Positions 1 through 8,198 of a stretch of DNA of 64,000 bases are shown here, in pieces (the first letter of the stretch is position 1; every line of letters begins with the position of its first letter). Source of the stretch: a bacterium (GTDB lineage Bacteria > SAR324 > XYD2-FULL-50-16 > G965216635); contig OZ244188.1 of the NCBI GenBank assembly GCA_965216635.1, positions 1,376,001-1,440,000 of the forward strand. Direction: 5' to 3'. The notes below the pieces were generated by a model. That model was not told where the DNA came from, made no database searches, and worked only from the letters and a program-made list of their open reading frames with translations. A program made the position numbers and the translations under genes.

Positions 1-1
1 A

Positions 2-127
2 AAAAGGAAAGTTTTAGAAGATGTTTTAAGGGATTGTGGATGGAAAAAGTATAAAAAAGTAGAGCCTAAAACATCTGACTTAAAAACAACAATACAAATA
101 CCTGTAAAATTCTATTCTTTGGCTTAA
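2..127 (+). CDS. 3' end of a probable HicB-like antitoxin (truncated by the window edge)
   Basis: Manual translation ...KRKVLEDVLRDCGWKKYKKVEPK...FYSLA*. Its stop overlaps the next start (TAATG at 125-129), directly before a HicA-like gene. Confidence 0.5.
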   Translation, partial: KRKVLEDVLRDCGWKKYKKVEPKTSDLKTTIQIPVKFYSLA

Positions 128-356
128 TGGGTAGGCTACTACGATACAACCGCGTAAATTAGAAAAAGCTATATTAAAATGCGGGTTTATTTATGATAGG
201 AGTAGTGCTTCTTCCCATAGAGTGTATGAGAAAAAGGGTATCAAAAGACCTTTGATTATACCTTTTCATTCATCAAGAGAAGTTCCAGAATTTATTGTCA
301 AGCAAGCAATAAAAGTTTCAGGACTTTCCAAAAATGAATTTTTAAAATTACTTTAG
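127..356 (+). pseudogene. hicA: HicA-family mRNA interferase toxin, frameshifted near the 5' end
   Basis: ATG127 reads MGRLL, and the -1 frame continues TIQPRKLEKAILKCGFIYDRSSASSHRVYEKKGIKRPLIIPFHSSREVPEFIVKQAIKVSGLSKNEFLKLL*. This is a HicA-like pattern (SH motif, GLS..EF..LL end). One base is missing near 139-141. Confidence 0.75.
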
Positions 357-381
357 ATATAATTTTTTCTAGGTGATCTTT

Positions 382-1755
382 TCAAAAAGTAATTTTCTGC
401 ATTAGATAATTTTTTATATTATCTATTCCTATTCTCTCCTGTTTCATACTATCCCTTTCACGCACTGTAATTTTATTATCCTTTAAAGAATCAAAATCAA
501 AGGTAATACAAAAAGGAGTGCCTATTTCATCTTGACGACGGTAACGTTTGCCAATACTGCCACTTTCATCGTGATCGCAAGCAAAATCAGCAACAAGACT
601 ATCAAAAATTTTCATACTCTCCTCACTTAATTTTTTACTTAAGGGCAATATAGCTACTTTGACAGGAGCGAGTTCTGGAATTAATTTTAAGACTGTTCTA
701 GTTTCCGTTTCTAATTTTTCTTCTGTATAACCGTTGCAAAGCAATGCCAAAAATAATCTATCTACCCCTAAAGAAGGCTCAATGCAGTCGGGCAGGAATT
801 TTTCTGCATCTTCTGTATAAAACAAATCTTTTCCCGAGTGCACTTGGTGTTGTGTTAAATCATAATTACCTCTATGAGCCAAACCCCAAAGTTCTGCCCA
901 ACCGAAAGGAAATTGAAATTCCAGATCACTGGTAGCCTTGCTATAATGAGAAAGTTCGTCTTTGGAATGCTCCCTCCATCGGAAAAGTTCCTTTTGAAAA
1001 CCAATTTTTAAAAGCCAATTCTCACAGAAAGATTGCCAATTTTTAAATTCTTGCAAAGATTCATTGGAGTGGCAGAAATATTCCAATTCCATCTGTTCAA
1101 ATTCTCGGGTACGAAAAATAAAATTACCGGGTGTGATTTCATTGCGAAAAGATTTTCCTATTTGAGCAATTCCGAAAGGTAATTTTTGGCGAGCAGTTGT
1201 TGCCGCATTTTTGAAATTGACGAAAATACCCTGAGCTGTTTCTGGTCTTAGATAGATGGTATCACTGCTATCTTTCGTTGCCCCTTGCTCTGTTTGAAAC
1301 ATTAGGTTAAACTGTCTAGTATGAGAAAAATTTCCTTTCACTCCACAATGCGGGCAAGCAGGATTTTTCTCTTGGATAAGTTTGTCTATTTGTCCCGATT
1401 CAGGTGAGTATTGTTCTAAAATTTTTTGTATATTCACACCTGATTTTTCAAGCAAGTGATCTGCTCTAAAACGGTATTTACAATTTTTACAATCTACCAG
1501 AGGGTCAGAAAAATTAGATAAATGTCCCGATGCTTCCCAAACTTTGGGATTCATTAAAACAGCACTATCCAAGCCTACAATATTTTTTTGTCTCTGCACA
1601 AAATCTTTCCACCATAAATTTTTGATATTGTTTTTCAGTTCCACTCCAATGGGACCGTAATCCCAGCTATTTGCTAAACCCCCATAGATTTCAGAGCCTT
1701 GAAACACAATACCCCTTTGTTTACACAAAGATACAATTTTTTCTATGTCTATCAT
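382..1755 (-). CDS. glyQS: Glycine--tRNA ligase (alpha2 type)
   Basis: IYGG..NSWDYGP, LRPETAQGIF, GKSFRNEITPGNFIFRTREFEQME, GSIGKRYRRQDEIGTP motifs. Confidence 0.97.
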   Translation of the reverse strand: MIDIEKIVSLCKQRGIVFQGSEIYGGLANSWDYGPIGVELKNNIKNLWWKDFVQRQKNIVGLDSAVLMNPKVWEASGHLSNFSDPLVDCKNCKYRFRADHLLEKSGVNIQKILEQYSPESGQIDKLIQEKNPACPHCGVKGNFSHTRQFNLMFQTEQGATKDSSDTIYLRPETAQGIFVNFKNAATTARQKLPFGIAQIGKSFRNEITPGNFIFRTREFEQMELEYFCHSNESLQEFKNWQSFCENWLLKIGFQKELFRWREHSKDELSHYSKATSDLEFQFPFGWAELWGLAHRGNYDLTQHQVHSGKDLFYTEDAEKFLPDCIEPSLGVDRLFLALLCNGYTEEKLETETRTVLKLIPELAPVKVAILPLSKKLSEESMKIFDSLVADFACDHDESGSIGKRYRRQDEIGTPFCITFDFDSLKDNKITVRERDSMKQERIGIDNIKNYLMQKITF

Positions 1756-1849
1756 AAAAGTCTAAAGTATAATTAAATGGATAGTCTTATACAGACAGGC
1801 TAACGAATAAAATTTTATTTTTCAATTTTTAAACTTTCTACTACTTTTA

Positions 1850-2133
1850 TAGACCTTTGAATTTGCCAAATAGGACAAAACCAGCTGTGACGGCTAGCCA
1901 AATGGTTAGAACAGGTGCGAAAATTTGTGAAACAGCGGAGCATACACGCTAGTATGTGAGCATTTTTCACAAATTTTCAATGGCGTAGCAATAATGTGGC
2001 TAGGGGCACTACAAAACTTAAAGCTAACACAATATAGACTGCAAAAGCTCCAGTGGAGCTTTTGCTAAAGCTTGTATTGGCGTAAAAGCAATAAGCTTGT
2101 TTTGGCTAAACAGAATGCAAATACGACAGTCTA
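1850..2133. mobile_element. RPE-like palindromic MITE, long copy
   Basis: TAGACCTTTGAATTTGC...GCAAATACGACAGTCTA ends; internal hairpins CATAC-ACGCTA-GTATG and GCAAAAGCTCC-AGT-GGAGCTTTTGC. Confidence 0.85.
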
Positions 2134-2196
2134 TAAATTAATATTGGGATTATTTTTTTTTTGTTGTATAATACAAACGAACCATTACAAATAAAA

Positions 2197-2604
2197 ATGT
2201 ATAATATAGCGCTAGTTTTAGGCTCTTTTCATAAAAAAAAGATAAAGCAAATGTTGGCTTTTGCTACAGATGAGGCAAGAAAACGCTTGCTTAAAATTTC
2301 GGGTGAGCTGTGGGTGCCCGGTTCTATGGAAAAACCTTTAGCTGTTAAGAAATTTCTTTTAAAAAAAGAAATAGAAGCAGTTGCAGTATTGGGAATTATA
2401 GAAAAAGGAGATACAGCGCACGGTAGGACAATGGCAGCTGCGGTTTTGCCCGCCTTAATACAGTTACAATTAGAATTTTTAAAGCCAGTGGGTATAGGTA
2501 TTTTAGGACCTGAAATAACAGAGCAGCAAATTGAGGTGAGATTAGAACCTTACGCTAGAAAATCTATTGCTGCAGTTTCTGAAATGTTAAAAAATTGCCC
2601 CTAA
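2197..2604 (+). CDS. ribH: 6,7-dimethyl-8-ribityllumazine synthase
   Basis: WVPGSMEKP, AVAVLGIIEKGDTAH, KPVGIGILGP motifs. ATG2197 chosen over the ORF-track start at 2161. Confidence 0.88.
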   Translation: MYNIALVLGSFHKKKIKQMLAFATDEARKRLLKISGELWVPGSMEKPLAVKKFLLKKEIEAVAVLGIIEKGDTAHGRTMAAAVLPALIQLQLEFLKPVGIGILGPEITEQQIEVRLEPYARKSIAAVSEMLKNCP

Positions 2605-2610
2605 AAAATT

Positions 2611-3519
2611 ATGAATAAAAAATTGTTTTTGCTGGAAAGTGATGAAAATTTAAGCGGGCAGTTAATTAGCTATCTCAAAAAAAATTTTGATGCTGATTTA
2701 GAAAATTTTGATTCTGCTGAAAATCTATTCAAAGCCAGTGTATCTCAACAACCAGAAGTTATTATTTTCGGCATTGATTCAAATTCTAAGAGGCTTTTTC
2801 CCAAACTAGCTTCTTTTAAGAATAGTTTTAACACCAAACTCATAGCAATAGTCTCCCAAAAAGAAAAAGGCTATATTCAATCTTTAGAAATCACACACCA
2901 CATTCTCTACAAACCTTTTACTTTTAACGAACTAGACTACTGTTTGGTAAACTGTGCTATAGATAAAAAAAAAGAAGTAGACAATTCCGAGTTTAAAAAC
3001 CAGATATTCCAAAAATTAGATATTGTAGAAAAAGATAATTTTGATTTTCAATACAAAAAAACTTTCAAAGACAGGGGTACTGTTAGGATGGAAGATGTTT
3101 GCCAAGAGCTTTATGACGATATTAATGTTTTAGATTCCAATGTAGAAAGCGAGTTTTCGCAGACATCAAATATTTTTAGTACTTCAAAAAATAAAAAGTA
3201 CCAATTTTCTCCAGAAGTAAAACTGCAAGCTAAAAAAACAGACTTAAAAGAGGAACCTGCAAATATTTATAAGAACTATTTTAAAAAGTTAAGCATTTTA
3301 TTAGCAGAAACTAAAAAAAAGGAAATTCCATCTCTCAAAGAAGAGAAAAATTTTGGAGATGAAATCGCAAGTATTAATTTAAGTCAAAAAAAATTTAATG
3401 AGCCTTCGCCTCAAAAAGAAGCAAGAAATACAGAAAAAAAAGCACCGCCAGTTCACGAGTTAAAGCAATCAAGAATTTTATCAACCCAAGACTTTAGTAT
3501 GAAATTTTTAGACGACTAA
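2611..3519 (+). CDS. Hypothetical protein with an N-terminal receiver(REC)-like domain
   Basis: N-terminus LFLLESDE...PEVIIFGID...LYKPF resembles a degenerate CheY fold; low-complexity C-terminus. Confidence 0.5.
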   Translation: MNKKLFLLESDENLSGQLISYLKKNFDADLENFDSAENLFKASVSQQPEVIIFGIDSNSKRLFPKLASFKNSFNTKLIAIVSQKEKGYIQSLEITHHILYKPFTFNELDYCLVNCAIDKKKEVDNSEFKNQIFQKLDIVEKDNFDFQYKKTFKDRGTVRMEDVCQELYDDINVLDSNVESEFSQTSNIFSTSKNKKYQFSPEVKLQAKKTDLKEEPANIYKNYFKKLSILLAETKKKEIPSLKEEKNFGDEIASINLSQKKFNEPSPQKEARNTEKKAPPVHELKQSRILSTQDFSMKFLDD

Positions 3520-3564
3520 AGATATGCGACTTTGCAGGGTAAAAAACCTTAAAATAATACTATT

Positions 3565-3732
3565 TAGACCTTTTGAATTTGCCAAATAGGACAAAACCAG
3601 CTGCGACGGCTAGCCAAATGGTTAGAACAGGTGCAAAAAAAAATTTTGGGTGCAAGAATACTCAAGTATTTCAAGGGACAAAATTTTTTTTAACGATGTA
3701 TAGGCTAAACAGAACGCAAATTCAAAAGTCTA
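3565..3732. mobile_element. RPE-like MITE inserted in a lipoprotein signal-peptide region
   Basis: TAGACCTTTTGAATTTGC...GCAAATTCAAAAGTCTA with TA at both ends. Confidence 0.85.
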
Positions 3733-4367
3733 TATTTTTTTTAGCAGTTTTTCTATTTGCATCCTGTTCTTCCAAAAAACCAGATGCTCTCATTTTCTAT
3801 TTGAAAAAAATAGAACAACTAAAAGTAAAAGAATCTGTGACAGGTTACGATCAAAAAAGAAGAGAAAAACACGTGCGGTTTTTATGGGTTAGAGCAAGAG
3901 AATTTGGTTTTCCCTACGGGAAAAATGGAGTTTTACATATAATAGAAGAAACAAGGACAAAAGATGGAGGGCAAAAAAAAAATTTAATAGTTTTACTTAC
4001 AAAAAACAGAAGGCTAGGTATTAGGCGAATAGATTATAAATTGAAAGATACTGCTTATGAAAAAAGCAGTCTTCAAAAAATACTAGAAAGTTCAAACTGG
4101 CGTGGTCTACAAACGAATTGCAGTTTTACAACAGAAAAAGAATGTAAAACTTACAGAGAGTGGATTAGTGTAGCTATGACTCCAGAATTGAGAGCCATCT
4201 TAAAAAAGACAGATAGACACACCACATTTAGACTTTATGGTGAAAAAAGATACTACGATTTTGATGCAAGATACGACTGGCTACCTTCTAAAGATTCTCC
4301 TCTAAAGCGCAAATTGAAAAAAAAAGAGAAAGACTTGGATGATTTTTTGAAAGAATTTCCTAATTGA
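3696..4367 (+). CDS. Putative lipoprotein whose 5' end is interrupted or supplied by a MITE (ancestral start probably 3524)
   Basis: Hydrophobic stretch IFFLAVFLFAS followed by Cys (lipobox-like); ATG3696 lies inside the MITE. Confidence 0.65.
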   Translation: MYRLNRTQIQKSIFFLAVFLFASCSSKKPDALIFYLKKIEQLKVKESVTGYDQKRREKHVRFLWVRAREFGFPYGKNGVLHIIEETRTKDGGQKKNLIVLLTKNRRLGIRRIDYKLKDTAYEKSSLQKILESSNWRGLQTNCSFTTEKECKTYREWISVAMTPELRAILKKTDRHTTFRLYGEKRYYDFDARYDWLPSKDSPLKRKLKKKEKDLDDFLKEFPN

Positions 4368-4377
4368 CTTAACTAAG

Positions 4378-4485
4378 TTTTTTCGGCTGGTTTTTTTGGC
4401 TAATTTTTTTCGGCTAATTTTTTTTGCCTGATTTTTTTCGGCTAATTTTTTTAGGCTGATTTTTTTCGCCTAATTTTTTTCCTAA
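4378..4485. repeat. About 8 degenerate ~14-bp tandem repeats (T7-CGGCTAA)
   Basis: Read directly, e.g. tttttttcggctaa recurring. Confidence 0.85.
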
Positions 4486-4627
4486 AAATTGTAGGTGTGA
4501 CCCCACATTGTGAAAAATAAACTGCCAATAGCCAATAGTATAGTTTGACAAAAAATGATTTTTCTGCAATTCTAAGCTGAAAATAGCTAGAAAAAGAAAA
4601 AAGGGGCGCCAATAGCCAATAAATAGC

Positions 4628-4656
4628 TTGACAAGAATTTTTTTTTATGTTAATTT
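4628..4656 (+). promoter_or_regulatory. Sigma70-type promoter with a T9 tract in the spacer (OMP copy 1)
   Basis: TTGACA, 17 bp containing T9, then TGt-TAATTT; preceded by GCCAATAGCCAA. Confidence 0.65.
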
Positions 4657-4703
4657 TTATTTTAATGTTTGGTTTTTAATTTTAATCTCACCAATAAATA
4701 ATT

Positions 4704-6080
4704 ATGAAAAACACAAATTCCCAAGTTTTAAGGAAAACTTTTGCTGTTCGTTTTATTTTGGCTCGTTTTACTCTGGTTCGTTTCGTTTTGGCTCGTTTCG
4801 TTTTGGTAGCTATTCTTATTCCCGCCCTTCTTATAGGAAGTGCCTTTACTTTTGGAGGCAGCAAGCTGCAAGCCCAAGCGAATGGTAACAGCAAGCAGGG
4901 ATTTTTCGTTGGTATTGTCTATCTAAATGGATTTAAAGTAGATAGCACAAAAACCACACAAACTACTACAAAAACTGCTACAGGCTATAGAATTAAAGGC
5001 TATTCAGCAGTCACATCGGAGATAAAAGCTGACGCTAGTACCTTTTTTTATGAAACTCCGCTTAGAGGTTCGTACCATTACAATGGAGTAGAAGCTCTTT
5101 TTAAAAAGAGTTGTGAAACAGGAGTCACAGCGGCTACAGCGGATGGTAAACCTTATCAATACGGTCTTCCTATTTCACTGGATTCTTTTGATGCAGGCAC
5201 AAGTAGAGGTGAAGGAACTAGTGTGACTTCCACAGGTGATGGACCTGGCACAATAATGCAAAGTGGACGGACTACATTTCCTACGGGAGTTGGAAATAAC
5301 GGACAAGACATTAATTATTGTTACAGTTATTTTTACGGTGATGCTTCCCAAGGTCGTAGCATTCCTACTTTTTCTGCTTACTCTAATGACAAAGTGACTG
5401 AAGATTCAGCGCCAGTTTCTCAGGTTACAAACTCCTCGTCCAGCAAAGGCGATAGCATCTCAGGTATTGGTCTGCAATTCAGCTTTAGGTGGGAAAAATG
5501 GAGAGCCTCTCTGACCCATTTTACTGGCTCTGGGGGAGCTAACGAGCTCACCAATACACTAGTTATGGCGGATTATTTTGTAAACGAGAATTTTTTTGTA
5601 GGAGGTGGTCTGGCGAGTATGAAGCTCCAAAATAGTTTAACCAGTGGCTCTGCCACAAGTCCCGCGATTCAGATCGGCTATAAAAAAAACTTAACCCCCA
5701 ACCTATTCTTTAATCTTGGCTTGACGAAGTACATCTCTGGTGTTTCTCTAAGCCATACGACTTACACTGAGAATCAGACTGCTCCTGCTCCTACTCCTAC
5801 TGGCATCACTTTTAAGCCAAAACAGATTGAAAAAGGTGATTCAGCAGTGGTTGGTGTTTCAAATTTAAAGTCTACTGGTGTACAGTTTAATGCCCATTAC
5901 TATGTAGATGGAGTAACATTCCAACGTGATACTAGAACAAAAGTAACCCAAGTCTACAGCAGAACTGTAAATATAGAAGAAATGCGAATTCCAGTAGGAG
6001 CAACCGAAACAACCACCAAAACCGATGCCGAAATCAAAGCACCCCTCGTCATCAGCATCTCCTTCCACTTGAGTTTTTAA
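4704..6080 (+). CDS. Variable outer-membrane beta-barrel protein, copy 1
   Basis: Long signal peptide, amphipathic strands (GIGLQFSFRW, YFVNENFFVGGG, IQIGYKK, FFNLGLTKY), C-terminal ISISFHLSF. Confidence 0.8.
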   Translation: MKNTNSQVLRKTFAVRFILARFTLVRFVLARFVLVAILIPALLIGSAFTFGGSKLQAQANGNSKQGFFVGIVYLNGFKVDSTKTTQTTTKTATGYRIKGYSAVTSEIKADASTFFYETPLRGSYHYNGVEALFKKSCETGVTAATADGKPYQYGLPISLDSFDAGTSRGEGTSVTSTGDGPGTIMQSGRTTFPTGVGNNGQDINYCYSYFYGDASQGRSIPTFSAYSNDKVTEDSAPVSQVTNSSSSKGDSISGIGLQFSFRWEKWRASLTHFTGSGGANELTNTLVMADYFVNENFFVGGGLASMKLQNSLTSGSATSPAIQIGYKKNLTPNLFFNLGLTKYISGVSLSHTTYTENQTAPAPTPTGITFKPKQIEKGDSAVVGVSNLKSTGVQFNAHYYVDGVTFQRDTRTKVTQVYSRTVNIEEMRIPVGATETTTKTDAEIKAPLVISISFHLSF

Positions 6081-6106
6081 GAAAAAAAAACTGCAGGAAC
6101 ATTTTT

Positions 6107-6287
6107 GTAGAGACGCCCTACAGGGCGTCTTATATGATGTGCATAAACCACAAAAAGCTGTTTTTAATAAACGTTCTAAATTTATGAGACGCCCTACAGG
6201 GCGTCTTATACGATGTGCATAAACCACAAAAAGCTGTTTTTAATAAACGTTCTAAATTTATGAGACGCCCATATAGGACGTCTCTAC
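6107..6287. repeat. GTAG-type REP array (3 palindromes, 76-bp period)
   Basis: GTAG-AGACGCCCTACAGGGCGTCT ... AGACGCCCATATAGGACGTCT-CTAC with near-identical linkers. Confidence 0.85.
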
Positions 6288-6422
6288 AGACCTACATAAA
6301 ATAAAAAATACCTCCCTGCAATGTATTTGTTTTTTTTATTTGCTTTTAAAGTGTTTTTATGTAATTATTTTTATAAAAAATAAGCAAAAAGAAAAAAACT
6401 GCCAATAGCCAAAAAAATACTA

Positions 6423-6451
6423 TTGACAAGATTTTTTTTTCCTGTTAATTT
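6423..6451 (+). promoter_or_regulatory. Sigma70-type promoter with a T9 tract (OMP copy 2)
   Basis: TTGACA-aga-T9-cctgt-TAATTT, 17-bp spacer. Confidence 0.65.
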
Positions 6452-6486
6452 TTATTTTAATACTAATTTTTTCATCACAAATAATT

Positions 6487-7845
6487 ATGAAAAACATAAA
6501 TTCCCAAGTTTTAAGGAAAACTTTCGCTTTTTCGCTGGTTCGTTTTACTTTGGTTCGTTTCGTTTTGGTGGCTATTCTTATTCCCGCTCTTCTTATAGGA
6601 AGTGCTTTTACTTTTGGAGGCAGTAATCTGCAAGCCCAAACGAATGGTAATAGCAAGCTGGGATTTTTCGTTGGCATTGTCTATCTAAATGGATTTAAAG
6701 TAGATAGCACAAAAACTACAAAAGCTATCACAAACACTGCTACAGGCTATAGAGTTAAAGACTATTCAGCAATCACATCGGAGATAATAGCAACTGCAGA
6801 TGACTTTTATAATACTCAGAGCGGTGGGTATCATCATACTGGAATAGAAGCTCTTTTTGAAAAGAGTTGTAAAGAAAAAGGAGTCACAGAGGCTGCAGCG
6901 GATGGTAGAACTTACTTTTATGATATTGTTTATCTGGAATCTTTTGATGCAGGCACAAGTAAAGATGAAGGGACTAGTGTGACTACCACAGGTGATGGAC
7001 CTGGCACAATATTGCACAGTGGACGGAATATATTTCCTACGGGAGTTGGAAATGACGAACAAGACACTAATTATTGTTACAGTTATTTTTACGGTGTTGC
7101 TTCCCAAGGTCGTAGCATTCCTACTTTTTCTGCTTACTCTAATGACAAAGTGACTGAAGATTCAGCGCCAGTTTCTCAGGTTACAAACTCCTCGTCCAGC
7201 AAAGGCGATAGCATCTCAGGTATTGGTCTGCAATTCAGCTTTAGGTGGGAAAAATGGAGAGCCTCTCTGACCCATTTTACTGGCTCTGGTGGGGCTAACG
7301 AGCTCGCCAATACGCTAGTAATGGCGGATTATTTTGTAAACGAGAATTTTTTTGTAGGAGGCGGTCTAGCGAGTATGAAGCTCCAAAATAGTTTAACCAG
7401 TGGCTCTGCCACAAGTCCCGCGATTCAGATCGGCTATAAGAAGAACTTAACCCCCAACCTATTCTTTAATTTTGGCTTGACGAAGTATATCTCGGGGGTT
7501 TCTCTAATCCATACGAATAAGACTGAGAATCAGACTGCTCCTATTCCCACTGGAATCACTTTTAAGCCAAAACAGACTAAAGAAGGTGATTCAGCAGTGG
7601 TTGGTGTTAGTAGAATAAAGTATGGTAGTGGTAGTCTTGAATATTTTAATGCCACTTACATCGTAGATGATGGGGATGGATCATTCAGAGGTGATTATAG
7701 AACACAAGTAACCCAAGTCCACAGCAGAACTGTAAATATAGAAGAAATGCGAATTCCAGTAGGAGCAACAGAAACAACCACCAAAAGCGATGCCGAACTC
7801 AAAGCACCCCTCGTCATCAGCATCTCCTTCCATTTGAGTTTTTAA
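6487..7845 (+). CDS. Variable outer-membrane beta-barrel protein, copy 2
   Basis: Barrel segments near-identical to copy 1; loops divergent. Confidence 0.8.
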   Translation: MKNINSQVLRKTFAFSLVRFTLVRFVLVAILIPALLIGSAFTFGGSNLQAQTNGNSKLGFFVGIVYLNGFKVDSTKTTKAITNTATGYRVKDYSAITSEIIATADDFYNTQSGGYHHTGIEALFEKSCKEKGVTEAAADGRTYFYDIVYLESFDAGTSKDEGTSVTTTGDGPGTILHSGRNIFPTGVGNDEQDTNYCYSYFYGVASQGRSIPTFSAYSNDKVTEDSAPVSQVTNSSSSKGDSISGIGLQFSFRWEKWRASLTHFTGSGGANELANTLVMADYFVNENFFVGGGLASMKLQNSLTSGSATSPAIQIGYKKNLTPNLFFNFGLTKYISGVSLIHTNKTENQTAPIPTGITFKPKQTKEGDSAVVGVSRIKYGSGSLEYFNATYIVDDGDGSFRGDYRTQVTQVHSRTVNIEEMRIPVGATETTTKSDAELKAPLVISISFHLSF

Positions 7846-7886
7846 GAAAAAAAACTGCAGGGAACATTTTTATAATAGCATAACAT

Positions 7887-7991
7887 GTAGAGACGCCCTA
7901 CAGGGCGTCTTATATGATGTGCATAAACCACAAAAAGCTGTTTTTAATAAACGTTCTAAATTTATGAGACGCCCATATAGGACGTCTCTAC
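7887..7991. repeat. GTAG-type REP doublet (2 palindromes)
   Basis: Same unit as 6107-6287. Confidence 0.85.
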
Positions 7992-8123
7992 AGACCTACA
8001 TAAAATAAAAAATGCCTCCCCGCCACGTATTTGTTTTTTTATTTGCTTTTAAAGTGTTTTTCTGTAATTATTTTTATAAAAAATAAGCAAAAAGAAAAAA
8101 ACTGCCAATAGCCAATAAATAGC

Positions 8124-8152
8124 TTGACAAGAATTTTTTTTTCTGTTACTTT
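8124..8152 (+). promoter_or_regulatory. Sigma70-type promoter with a T9 tract (OMP copy 3)
   Basis: TTGACA-agaa-T9-ctgt-TACTTT, 17-bp spacer. Confidence 0.65.
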
Positions 8153-8198
8153 TATTTTAATGTTTGTTTTTTAATTTTAATCTCACCAATAAATAATT

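Noticed and set aside
382..1755. alpha2-type GlyRS as an anomaly
   Set aside because: This type is widespread in several bacterial phyla and is not unusual without taxonomy.
4628..6677. Small overlapping ORFs around OMP starts and ends (4628, 4688, 5865, 6420, 6423)
   Set aside because: Alternate-frame or antisense products of the repeated OMP leader, promoter and REP sequence.
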